Source: Phyllobates terribilis
Lineage: Eukaryota
Reading direction: 5' to 3'
DNA length: 64,000 nucleotides
Assembly (NCBI RefSeq): GCF_046119375.1
Contig: NW_027362767.1
Span: 247,070,001 to 247,134,000, forward strand
Numbering within the stretch: position 1 is the first letter of the stretch; each line of letters begins with the position of its first letter. Below are positions 1-20,621 of the stretch, piece after piece. The notes beneath the pieces are model-generated. The model was not told the origin of the DNA and made no database searches. It worked only from the letters and a program-made list of their open reading frames with translations. The translations under genes were made by a program, and so were the position numbers.

Positions 1-1464
1 CTACTAAATGCCGTTGTCAGATATTGACTGCGGCACTTGTGGCAAAAACAGCAGCGAGGCAGGTGGCCGGCTGTATAACGCAGCAGGCATCCATCATTTA
101 TGATGCGGCCTCAGCTCCTGAGCCTGTTCCATGCACGACATGTACGGTGGATGTCAGGAAGGGGTTAAGATCGCCTACTGAGAAGGTTATAAAAATTGCC
201 TAAAGGAAAGAGTGTATTTGATGCCCATAGCAACCAATGAAAGCTCCGCTTTTATGCAATATACTACTGTTCAAAAATGAAAGCTGCGATGTGATTGGTT
301 GCTATAGGTAACAAATATGACCTTCCTAAGCAATTTTATAAATCTCCCCCATGTGTAGAGACCATTCTCTTTAAGATTGGGGGCTGAAATTTTGGTAATT
401 GTCTATGTCCTCCTACAACTACCAACCTCTTTAGTTTTATGGGGTCACAACGGGAATTTATGAAGGGCTTTAGGCCCCTTTTACATGGTTACCAACATTG
501 ACGTTGGCAATTTAGGTATGCTTTAGTCCAAATGTCACCCCCCAAAAAAATTGTGGGTGAGGTTTGTGTTCCGAACATCGCAAATTACCTCTGTTTCCAA
601 AATTCCTGGACAATCCCAAAAAATACATGATAGCTGGTTCACTGGCGCTCAACCTCCAATGGTGGCAGAACACTAAGCTGCTATGGGGTCCACAAAGTCA
701 GGAGGGTTTTATGGAGTAAGCTCACAATCTGAGGCCACTCCATACATAGTGGGAGTCGGCTGTTTTTCACAGCAGTCACCCGTCAGTAACTGTTGCTAGG
801 GCGGTAGCCCTGATCATAGCAACTTTAAACCCCTTAGATGGCGTGATTACCAGCCAACATGGCATCTAAGTGGTTGTCATGGCACCCAGATCAGACCTTC
901 GCTATGGCGCCCCAGGCATTCTATGATTGCCATTTATGCTTTAATAACATCAAGAAATAGCAATTTTCACTACACACAATTTGTGTGCAAAAATGTCTGA
1001 CTTTTTACCCCACTTAAAAAATTTGGTAAATGGGAAGAACATGGCCAGCCATGGTGTTACAGGTTACTACTATATGTTCCTCAGAAATTGTCAAAAATGA
1101 TTTAAACCTGTGAGGCATGAACAGCAATGGATGAGACAAATTTATAATGTATCATGCCCCTGTGTGTTTGTTAATTTTTTAACCTGTTGTTATGTTATTT
1201 GCAGTTATTGGTATCCAGACTGTTAAAATTACGAGGACGATGGCAATCTCGGCCCAGACGTATCTCATTCTTATCTGGATTGGCACATTCCTCCTCCATA
1301 ACTTATCATTGTGAGCAGGAAGCAGAAATGTGCGGAATAGAATGGAGCTGTGATGTCATAATGTAACTGAGATGTCACCTGCTTCCGAGCCACCCACAAG
1401 GAAGATGAAGTGTTACTTATAGTCCAGTATACACTATATAGGATAAAGTATGTGCCCCCCCACC

Positions 1465-2870
1465 TCCATAGAATATAATGCACTCGCCTTGGTCCTCCAT
1501 ATAGTATAATGCACCCGCCATGGTCCTCCATAGGATATAATGCACGCGCCATGGTCCTCCATGGGATATAATACATGCGCCATGGTCCTCCATGGGATGT
1601 AATGCACTCGCCATGGTCTTCCATGGGATATAATGGACTCACCATGGTCCTCTATGGGATATAATGCACTCGCCATGGTCCTCCATGGGATATAATGCAC
1701 TCGCCATGGTCCTCCATGGGATATAATGCACTCGCCATGGTCCTCCATGGGATATAATGCACTCGCCATGGTCCTCCATATAATATAATGCACCCCCCAT
1801 TGTCCTCTATACAACATAATGCACTCGCCATGGTCCTCCATACAATATAATGCACCTCCATTGTCCTCTGTACAATATAATGCACTCCCCATGGTCTTCT
1901 ATACAATATAATGCACCCCCCATGGTCCTTAATACAATATAATGCACCCCCCATGGTCCTCCATACAATGTAATGCACCCCCCATGGTCCTCTATACAAG
2001 ATAATGCAGCCCCCGTTGTCCTCTATACAACATAATGCAGCCCCATTGTTTTCTATACAATATAATGCACCTCCATTGTCCTCTATACAATATTATGCAC
2101 TCCCCATGGTCTTCTATACAATATAATGCACCCCCCATGGTCCTTCATACAATATAATGCACCCCCCATGGTCATCCATACAATATAATTAACCCCCCAT
2201 TGTCCTCTATACAACATAATGCAGCCCCCATTGTCCTCTATATACAACATAATGCAGCCCCATTGTTTTCTATACAATTTAATGCACCTCCATTGTCCTC
2301 TATACAATATTATGAACTCCCCATGGTCTTCTATACAATATAATGCACCCCCCATGGTCCTCCATACAATATAATGCACCCCCATGGTCCTCCATACAAT
2401 ATAATGCACCCCCATGGTCCTCTATACAATATAATTCACCCCCATTGTCCTCTATACAACGTAATGCAGCCTCATTGTTTTCTATACAATATAATGCACC
2501 TCCATTGTCCTCTATACAATATTATGCACTCCCCATGGTCTTCTATACAATATAATGCACCCCCCATGGTCCTTCATACAATGTAATGCACCTCCCATAC
2601 AATGTAATGCACCCCCCATGGTCCTCCATACAATATAATGCACTCCCCATCGTCCTCCATACAATATAATTAACCCCCCATAGTCCTCTATACAATATAA
2701 TTCACCCCCCATGGTCCTCCATACAATATAATGCACCTCCCATGGTCCTCCGTACAATAAAATGGACCCCCCATGGTCCTCCATACCATAAAATGCACCC
2801 CCATGGTCCTCCATAAAATATAATGCTCTCCCCATGGTCCTCCATAAAATATAATGCACCTCCTCTCCAA
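1465..2870. repeat. ~31-bp minisatellite (CCATGGTCCTCCATRSRATATAATGCACYCS)
   Basis: About 45 degenerate tandem units. Confidence 0.9.
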
Positions 2871-3174
2871 TACTCACCTCTCCTCATTCCACCCTATGCT
2901 CCGGTCTGCTGAGCATGTGGTGTGAAGAGCCGCACATCTCAGAAGAGTGCTGCTCTGGCACGTCAGACGCTGAGGAAAATGATGGGGTTGGAAGAGTCTG
3001 CTAACACTTCCTCCTCCATCAACATTGCGTTCTGACAGCCGGAGCCCTCATTCTGTGCGGGCGGGCGCTGCAGGGCGGATGGGCTGCCCCAGTACGGGCG
3101 CTGACACTGGACCTCCCCAGTTCACAGGCCCCATAGCATTGGCATGGCCTGCCACCATCGGCAGTATGCCACTG
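1465..3174. mobile_element. Right-hand part of a hAT-like element related to 32847-41252
   Basis: 3100-3174 resembles 41170-41252 (GGCCCCATAGCA...GTATGCCACTG terminus) and follows a minisatellite; left TIR and TSD not found. Confidence 0.4.
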
Positions 3175-3401
3175 TCCCTACTCCACCAAACTGTACAGAG
3201 AGCACAATGCAGTCAGGGGGTAACGTTCTCCGGGTATTCACCAGACTCCTCCATCAGATGCGAGATAGAGAAGTATGATCCGTCACTGCACAGAACACAT
3301 CTCCTCCAGAGTCCAGTGGTGGCAGCTTTACATCACTCCATCCGACGCTTGGAATTGTGCTTGGTGATGTAAGGCTGCATGCAGCTGCTCGGCCATAAAG
3401 C

Positions 3402-4907
3402 ATAGCTCCCAACCGTTTTCCGTGGGACTGTCCCTATTTGAAGGCTGAGTCCCGCGTCCCGTCACGGCTCAGAAGTTCTGTGGAGAGTGGTGGGGCGGGT
3501 TGCGGTGGTGGAGCAGCGGGCACGGGCAGTAGCCTGCAGCTGCAGCTACCATGTGTGCCTGCTGCTAAAGATAATGAATATTCACTCCTCTCCATGCCCA
3601 TGGGAGTGGAGAGAAGTGAATATTCATTCGCCTTAATAGCTCACACTGTGAATCGCAGCTGCCAGCTTCCTGCTGTGGCTCCGCGATCCTGTGTGCCCGC
3701 TATTAGAGAGAATGAATATTCACTGTTCTCCACTCCCATGGGTGTGGAGAAGAGAGAATATTCATTCTCTTTAGTAGCGGGCACAGAGGATCGTGGAATC
3801 ACAGCAGGAGCGCGGCCGCTGCTGTGTGCGCTATTAAGGAGAATGACTAGTCACTCCTCTCCTCACCCATAGTCCCGGCGTGGAGAGGAGTGAATATCCC
3901 CGCAGCTCACCTCGGCGTCTGAGGGAGCATGGCAGTGATGTCATGCGCTGCTCAGATGCTGACATGAGCTGCTGGCAGACAGGATGCAGCGCTAGAGCAG
4001 AGGGGAGGAAGGAAGGTGAGTAGAATTGTTTATTTTTTTTCATGTGTGCAGTGATGGGGGGCCATGTATATCAGGATTGGGTCTGAGGGGGCCATGCATA
4101 CCAGGATTGGGGATGAGGGGGTCATGCATACCAGGATTGGGTCTGAAGGGGCCATGCATACCAGGATTGGGTCTGAGGGGGCCATGCATACCAGGATTGG
4201 GTCTGAGGGGGCCATGCATACCAGGATTGGGTCTGAGGGGGCCATGCATACCAGGATTGGGTCTGAAGGGGCCATGCATACCAGGATTGGGTCTGAGGGG
4301 GCCATGCATACTAGGAATGGGGATGAGGGAGCCATGCATACCAGAATTGGGTATGAGGGGGCCATGCATACCAGATTTGGGGATGAGGGGGCCAATGCAT
4401 ACTAGGTTTGGGGATGAGAGGGCCCATCCATACCAGGATTGGGGATGAGGGGACCCATGCATTCCAGGATTGGGGATGAGGGGGGCCCATGCATACCAGG
4501 TTTGGGGATGAGGGGGCCCATGCATACCAGGTTTGGGGATGAGGGGGCCCATGCATACCAGGTTTGGGGATGAGGGGGCCCATGCATACCAGGTTTGGAG
4601 ATGAGGGGGCCCATGCATACCAGATTGGGGGTGAGGGGGCCCATGCATACCAGGATTGGGGATGAGGGGTAACATGCATACCAGGATTGGAGGTGAGGGG
4701 CCCATGCATACCAGGATTGGGGATGAGGGCTGTCTGCTGAATGCCCCTCATTACCAGCGCCCCTCTGACAACTCCTCCTGCCAGGGGAGAAAGAAATGGT
4801 AAATGGGTGTGGATTGGAGTGTGGCCAGGGGCATGGCCAAAATTTGCAGTGCCATGCTATGCACATGATCTATCCCTCTTTCTCTTCTTCAAAAGTTGTG
4901 AGGTATG
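3402..4907. mobile_element. Non-autonomous DNA element carrying hairpins and a 30-bp minisatellite
   Basis: Imperfect TIRs (GCATAGCTCCCAAC vs rc GCATACCTCACAAC); flanks CATAAAGC / CATGAAGC (7/8), suggesting an 8-bp TSD. Confidence 0.55.
4050..4730. repeat. 30-31-bp minisatellite (GCCATGCATACCAGGATTGGGTCTGAGGGG)
   Basis: Tandem period visible directly. Confidence 0.9.
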
Positions 4908-5320
4908 CATGAAGCTCCCAGTGGGGGCGCAGTGTTTGTGCTGATGTTATACCAGAGGAGGTCTGGACTCTGCAGTTATGGGGTCAGCAGAGCGGTGGTG
5001 ACTTTTCTGCCCTCTGCTCCTCAGCACTTGGTCCTCCCTGCTCTGTAACATTACGGGGGTCTCCACTTTGTGGCTGAGTTTCTGCGGTTCCTTCCACTTT
5101 CCGATCCCCATCCTTATGTCTATCTAATAATCTGTCTCCAGTTTATCACGATTTCTGATCTGTGTCACATCATGCGTTTTAGATGTAATTCTATTTTCCA
5201 CCAGCAGGGTTCGCTCTCCCTTCTGACACACAACACTACGCTGTTCTCTCTGCAAAGTAGACTCTTCTCTATAGTCCTGCATGCAGGGATCACATGATGA
5301 AACTTCATCACTGACTGACA

Positions 5321-5338
5321 GTCACATGACCCGGAAGT
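5321..5338 (+). promoter_or_regulatory. Putative PTRH1 proximal promoter: palindromic E-box (GTCACATGAC) abutting an ETS/GABP site (CCGGAAGT)
   Basis: Motifs read directly at 5321-5330 and 5331-5338, 35-50 nt upstream of the PTRH1 ATG; a second TCACATGA at 5290-5297. Function is inferred. Confidence 0.5.
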
Positions 5339-5372
5339 TATCTGCTCTTTTCCACCATGTTGGTAGAGGAGC

Positions 5373-7468
5373 ATGTTGCAGTCGGTGAGAGCCGTGTGCT
5401 GTCTCCGCTTGGGTCGGTGTATGAGTCAGGCCGCCAGTGCAGGTCCCACCAGTGAGAGGCTCTTTATGGTGACTACATTAATTAATATTCACCATGTTTT
5501 TGTTTTACATACTGTGACCAAACTTGTCTGCCATATTAGTATGGGAAGCTGTTCCCAGTGTGATGTGTACCGGGGGGCACATGGACCCTCAGTATCTCTG
5601 TATCACCTGTGAGTTTACACTCTGTTGTAATGTAACGTTTTATACTGTCTCCTATGTGTAGGTGGTCGGACTGGGCAATCATGGCATGTCAGGCACAAGG
5701 CACAGTGTGGGCATGACTGCCATTAACCAGCTGGCGCGGAGGCTCAATGTCGCCGATCAGTGGAAGACAGACAGACGGACAGGAGCCGATCTTGTCACCG
5801 CCCAACTTGATGGCGTCCATCTCGTCCTGATAAAACCTCGGCAGTTTATGAATGTTAATGGGACTAGTGTGGCCAATGCCGGTGAGGAGGGCAATAATGG
5901 CTTCATGTGAGGGGGTACCTGTCACTTATATGAGAGACAACGGCGCCCCAATGACCGATCGAGCCGTCAACGGCACCCCCATGGCCGATCCAGTTGTCGG
6001 GGCAACACTGCATCCTGTTTCTTTTTTTTAAATCCATCACTGTTGGTTCTCATAGAGGGCTTTGCAGCCAGGCTTGTGGAGTCGGAGCCCATTTTGGTGG
6101 AGTCAGTATAAAATGGACTGACTCCGAAAATATATAATAAATTGGGTACTGTAGTTCAATGCAGCTTGTGGGGAATATTTTTTCATAAGAATTTGGGAAA
6201 GTTATGAAATGTCCTATTCCTGATCTAATGGTCTAGACTTTTAGCTGAGATGAATCAGCGCTACAGTAAATTTATTACTTAATCATGAGCCATATATGAG
6301 GTAGTCAGAGTCATGGAGTCCGAGTCATGGAAATTGAGGAGTCGGAGGTTTTGCTTACCGACTCCACAGACCTGCTTGCAGCCGGCCTGCATGGTTATAG
6401 ACTAGCTCTGTTCTGGCTTAGTGTAAGTGTTGATGTTCTGCAGCATCTGACATTTTTTGGTTGCAACATTTATTATTATTTGGGATAATTTAATAATTAC
6501 GGATGGATAATCTTCTATGGATTTTTGTTTTCCAGCTGGAAAGTTCCACCTGACCCCTGAGAATATCTATCTATTGCATGATGAACTGGACAAGTCTCTG
6601 GGGAAGGTGACTCTGAAGCTCGGAGGGAGCGCAAGGTAACTAGTCCGATAATGAGTAAAACGCTGATCACTCGGCCAACTTTAGAGGACTCTTCCTGCTC
6701 CCTATTTAGGGCAGCATAGCATAGAGATAGACAAGCTGAACTTGAGGTTTTATATTCTTCTGTGATTTGATTAATACTTTTCATTTTAGGATTGATAGAG
6801 AAAGCGTGTGAGTCCTGATTGCTCCACCCACCCAGACAGTGATTGACAGCTCACTCGTTAGTGTGTGGTGTGGGAGGAGCAGGGCTCTCAGCCTTCTTTG
6901 ATAAATTATGCAGATTTTTATATAAAAATACTGAATCAAATCATTGAAATCTATTAATCTCCAAACTTTTAGTAAAACATGGCTGCTAACAGCAAACAAT
7001 AACTCTTTACTGATTATTTTAAGTGTCAGATCCCTGTTTTAGTTGGTGATTATTGGTAGCATCTAAGCTAATCACAGATCCTCTGCTGTGTATTCTGACC
7101 TCAGCTGCTCTCTGTATTTTCTAGGGGCCACAATGGTGTCCGTTCCTGCATTGACCACTTGAAATCAGACGTAAGTCCTACAGCAGACATATGCCCACCT
7201 TTTATGTACCGGGATTCTGTAATAAAGACTTTGTGTTTTTCTCTTTCTTCCTTGGCAGACGATGATCAGGCTCTTGATTGGCATCGGGCGCCCGGCTAAC
7301 AAGTCTTCAGTGACTCCCTATGTACTAGGACGCTTTACGAAGAATGAGCAGGAGACGCTGACTTTAGTTTTGGAGAAAGGTCTGGACTTGTTACTTGGAC
7401 ATATCCAAAAAAGGACTCCGGCCACGACCACTACGCCAATAGCTAGGCCGGTGGAAAATAGAATATGA
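5373..7468 (+). CDS. PTRH1: Peptidyl-tRNA hydrolase 1 homolog, 5 coding exons, 223 aa
   Basis: Exons 5373-5468, 5662-5881, 6536-6635, 7125-7170, 7259-7468, all GT-AG, phases 0/1/2/0, total 672 nt. Pth motifs [48 protein letters not shown]. Convergent with CFAP157 as in mammals. Confidence 0.95.
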
Positions 7469-7902
7469 AGGTAGCTAGAATACATGTTGAACTGCACAGA
7501 CGAAAACCGCGACACAGCACCACCTGCGGGGGCCGTCACCTCTCATCTGGTGTAATCACAGGATTACATGGACCCCCACGATCAGCTGTTACCAGCTCAG
7601 GCCATATACACACAGTGTACGGAGCCGGATCAGCACAGCGCCACACACTGTATAGTGGCCATAATAGGTAATGTGGATCAGCTCCTATTCAGCTCAATAA
7701 GAGCCGGGATGCAGTTCTCAGCAAGGGGTGTCGGACCCTCACTGATCTGGATAGGTCTTTGATATCAAAATTGTGGACAACCCTTTAAACTCTTGAACTT
7801 CATAAGCCTCATGTATTAAAGGGGATTTCCTGTTCTACCAAAAAAATTGTTGACCTATTCATTCATCACTATCATAATGGTGAGAGTCTGCCACCTCTTC
7901 TA

Positions 7903-8538
7903 CAACCCCTGGCAAAAATGATGGAATCACTGAGCTCGGGGGATGTTCATTCAGTTGTTTAATGTTGTTGAAAAAAGCAGATCACAGACATGGCACAAAA
8001 CTAAAGTCATTTCAAATAACAACTTTAGGGCTTTAAGAAACACTAAAAGAAATGAAAATTAAAAATGTGGTACTCAGTAAGGGTAATTTTTTTCAGACCA
8101 AGCGGAGGGAAAAAATTATGGAATCACTCAATTCTGAGGAAAAAATTATGGAATAATGAAAAACAAACACACAAAAGAACACTCCAATACATCACTAGTA
8201 TTTTGTTGCACCTCCTCTGGCTTTAATAACAGCTTGCAGTCTCTGAGGCATTGACTTAATGAGTGACAAACAGTACTCTTCATCAATCTGGCTCCAACTT
8301 TCTCCGATTGCTGTTGCCAGATCAGCTTTGCAGGTTGGAGCCTTGTCATGGACCACTTTCTTCAACTTCCAACATTTTTAAACTTGATTTCTTTTAGTGT
8401 TTCTTAAAGCCCTAAAGTTGCCATTTGAAATGACTTTAGTTTTGTGCCATGTCTGTGATCTGCTTTTTTTCAACAACATTAAACAACTGAATGAACATCC
8501 TCCGAGCCCGGTGATTCCATAATTTTTGCCAGGGGTTG
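7903..8538 (-). mobile_element. Internally deleted copy of the same Tc1 family
   Basis: Same TIRs and TA flanks; keeps only the transposase 3' end; deletion junction falls at a CCAC microhomology. Confidence 0.9.
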
Positions 8539-8806
8539 TAGTCACCTGTTACACTCCTTCATACTTTTACTATTGGAAAAGCAGTCCAGGCCCAATCACT
8601 TAAATGGATCAAAGTTGTAGGAAACCAGACCCTAAACAATGCCTACGGCATTGAATGGGGACATGGTCCTCGCCCGTTAAACAGCTGATTGGCAGGGACC
8701 CCCCCTTTCCCAAATTCGATATCCTATCCTAAAGACTTTAATGATCTGGGAAACCCCTTTAATAATACAGTGCACAGATACTATGAATTATTCATCATAT
8801 GCTTAA

Positions 8807-9255
8807 AGGTGTTGTCCAGCTTGAAAAAAAATGTATAAATTAGAAATTTACACAAGTTACCAATATACTTGTATTAATAAACGTGTCCCAATCTCCAGAT
8901 ACCAGCTCCGGTCCCGGCAGCTCCACTTGTGCCCGACCCAGTAGTGAACGACCTATATCTGTTCATCATCAGTGCTAGATGACTAATTTAATAGTTAAGC
9001 GTGCTCCCTTTTGTCTGAGTCAGCCATGACTGAGAAAGAAGGGAGCTGGCTTACCTATTGCTATGAGCAGGCAGCCAGCCCCCTTCACCCACACACACAG
9101 CATTGCTCCCATGCAGACAGAAGTGGAGGTGTCAGGACCGGCACTGATGTCTCCAGATCACTTACCTTTCCTAATTGAAGTATATTAATAAGTTGTACAT
9201 ATTTCTATCTTTGACACACGAAAAGATCATTTTTTGTGGGAGCGGGACAACCCCT
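8807..9255. mobile_element. TTAA-target T2/Kolobok-type MITE
   Basis: AGGTGTTGTCC...GGACAACCCCT with TTAA on both sides. Confidence 0.7.
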
Positions 9256-9604
9256 TTAAAGGAACACTTATGCCTGGAGCAGGACATTGTCTCGCCCGCC
9301 CTGTACCAGGCATAACACTATCACAGATTTGCTCGGTTTTGTGAAGAATAATCTCAATTCTCTCTGAATAAATGTGAAGAGTTTATAGTCGTGTTATAGT
9401 CGCTTTTCTCACACCGTATACGTTGAGAATAGACCTCAATATTACATGTGCCTCCTAAGGTGGTAAGGGAGCGGTGACATTTGCACGTTGATCACACGAC
9501 CCCTGACTGCTCCTGCGGGCGGGGATGGAACTACGTGATCGGCCTCGTCCGTCCATCTTTATTATAGTCGGTTCATCTTATGTATCTAGAAGCATTTACT
9601 GTCA

Positions 9605-17932
<8,328 letters not shown>

Positions 17933-17967
17933 CTTGCTTCTCCCGATGTCACCGAGTGTAGCGTCCT

Positions 17968-17980
17968 GTTACCTAGCAAC
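17968..17980. promoter_or_regulatory. RFX X-box (GTTACCTAGCAAC) in the CFAP157 promoter/5' UTR
   Basis: Matches GTNRCC-N(0-3)-RGYAAC, 36 nt upstream of the ATG within a CpG-rich region; a GC box (GGGGCGGGG near 18071) and a CRE (TGACGTCA, 18157-18164) lie nearby. RFX control of motile-cilia genes is established. Confidence 0.7.
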
Positions 17981-20326
17981 TAAGCCACGCCCTGAGATAC
18001 GCCCACTGGATGGAGCACAGTTAAGCCACGCCCACTCCATGGTCCCGCGTCAGTGGGCGTGTCTAGGCAGCGGGGCGGGGTTTCAGGCATCAGATCGCCA
18101 GGCTGGCAGTGGAGACACGTGTGCTCCATCTGTCACCGCTTATATCTGCTCAGTGGTGACGTCAGTGGTCGCCTCTGTACTGACAGGAGCACAATTTAGG
18201 GAAATATTGTTGAAGAATGAAGTGTTGCTAAAATTCCCATAGGAGCCAATATTCACTTTTGTGACCCTTTAATTTTCCCCTTTAAATACCTCAGTCTATG
18301 TCTGGGCTTCACAGGAGGGCCATGATGCAGCAATGAACAGTGCCACTCCTGTTCACAGGTCGTGTCTGGTATTGCAGCTGATCCCTATTTACTTCAATGG
18401 TGCCCAGCTGCAATACCAGACACGACCTGTGGTCAGAGGTGGCGTTGTTTCTGGAATATACCAGTTATGATTAGCCTGATTTTTTTAATGCATGCATTTT
18501 TATACGGTCTGATTACAGCAGTATTGAGCAGAACGGCCTCCAGCTCCGGGTTCTGGGATTCTCAGTGACTGACAGGCCTCTTGTTATACAGAACAGCATG
18601 GCCGCCCCGCATGGTTTCCCCAATTAGTAAATCTTCTCCCTTCTGCACATGGCGTGTCTGTAGCCAAGTGTGGCTCTAGAGGAATGGAATCGGGCCAGAT
18701 TTATCATCTGCTTTAATTAGTACATAATTAATGTAAACCGTAATGAACGTCGGCACAGCGGCTCCGTTTCCAGGCAGAATGCTTCCCAGCCAGAAACGCG
18801 CTGCTTCAGCAATTTTTTTTTTTAACTTCTTAACATTTTGACTTTCACAAACAAAACAAGTGAAAATAGAGGCAGATACGTTTTTATTTCCCCAGAATCA
18901 GCGCCACCCTTGTTTACAGGCTGTGACTGGTACTGCAGCTATAACCACAACACCTCGGCAATGCGACCAGTTTTTGTTTTTTTCTTCCAAAAGCCATAAC
19001 TTCTTTTTTTTTACATGTCCCTGACATCGCCGTATGAGGGCTTATTTTTTGCAGGACAAGTTGTAGTTATGAATGACGCCATTCATTTTACCATACAATG
19101 TTAGGAAAAATGGGAAAAAATTCCAAGTGGGATGAAAAAGTAAAAAAATCTGGGAATATGATTTCTCCAGGTCGGTATGATTACAGCAATACCAAACTTG
19201 AGTTGTTTTTTTTTTTTTTTTTTGTATTTAAGTGGTTAAGAAAAAATTCAGACTTTTGTAAAAAAAAAAAAAAAAAAAAAAATTATCCTTTTTTTTTTTT
19301 TTTTCAAAAGTAATATATATATATTTATATTATTTTTTGTTTATGTTGTCGCCATTTTCTGAGACTCAACTTTTTTATTTTCCCATCAATACAGCTGTGT
19401 AAGGGTTTATTTTTTGCGACGTGAGCTATAGTCTTTATTGGTACCTTCGATGGATTGATAGCTTTTTAGTACATTTTTAGGCATAGGTTCACGGAACAAA
19501 AGACTGCAGTTCTGCGTTGCGTGGTGGCGATGGGCGCAGAAGCCATTGCACCGTTTAAATGCCACTGTATTTAATAACAGCAGCAATCGGAGAGCTCTGG
19601 TCATTGCTGTTGGAAGCAGGTGCCGGCTGTATAACACAGCTGATACCCACCATGTATGGAGCTGTCCTAGTTCCTGAGCCCGCTCCATACACCGCCTGTA
19701 CCTATATGATGTATATTTACGTTATATTGTTGCAAATGGGGTTTTGCCAGATAATTAATGTATCTCAGGGGGGATCCCTACAGATCGTGAGAAAGGGGCT
19801 GTGAAATACCCCATAGAAAAAGAAAAAACATTTTCTTGTAATGGGGCCTCGTTCTCAGGATCACTGGGTCTCAAGCAATGACTGGCTAAGTTGGAAATAG
19901 CCTTTTAATTAGAGGAATTTATCACTGCTAAGCCTTTTGCCTCTGGTAGAGTACTAAAAAAAAAAGACTCTGGAGTAATGGAATTGCACTACGTGTGATT
20001 TTGTGTTAAAGGGGCTTTTTTCCAGGACTAATATTGATGACCTTTTTCTAGACTAGGACATCCATATTAGATACCCGGCCCCCTCTCCCATCAGCTGATT
20101 GAAGGAGTTGTGGTGCTGCTCTTACAAGTACAGTGGCCTCTTCATCGTTTACAGGGCACAGCGCTGCAGATTTGCTAATGGCAGTGCCTGGTACTGCAGC
20201 TCTGTCCAAGTGAATGGGACTGAGGAGCAGTTCCAGGCACGACCACTAACAAATGTACAGAGCTGAGCCTGGCAAACCCTGAAAAGGCAGCTGGGCTTGC
20301 TAAAGTCCTGTACTGTAGTCCCTTAA

Positions 20327-20621
20327 AAGGGCTATTCCCATCTTTATAGATGGACATTGTTGGATAATGCTTGTAAAAACAAGCACTTTTGCAATTTACT
20401 GCTTAATAAAATTTGAAGCCGTTCCAGAGATAATAACACTTTTCTTTTGTTTACAGTTGGTTGCCTAGAAGACCGACCACTGCTGCCAGACAGCAAAACA
20501 TGCACTGTGAGTTAATATCCCAAGAACGGCTGAAAATTTAAATAAGCAGTAAATTGTAAATGTACTTATATTTACAAGCACTATCCAAAAATATACATTT
20601 ATGACAATGGGAAAAACCCCT
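20327..20621. mobile_element. TTAA-target MITE nested in another TTAA MITE (~20010-20725)
   Basis: TTAA flanks, AGGG...CCCCT ends; related sequence at ~60435-60507. Confidence 0.55.

Larger units (their letters stand above)
3183..5100 (-). mobile_element. Degraded Tc1-like fragment split by the 3402-4907 insertion
   Basis: Sequences at 3183-3401 and 4908 to ~5100 read as a continuous Tc1-type internal segment; boundaries approximate, recognised from memory. Confidence 0.5.

Noticed and set aside
1465-2870. CRISPR-like periodicity in this and other arrays
   Set aside because: Units are head-to-tail with no unique spacers, there are no cas genes, and the context is eukaryotic.
1271-4866. Many repetitive ORFs (e.g. 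GPCIPGLGLR, PGMHGP)
   Set aside because: Translations of 30-31-bp minisatellites on both strands.
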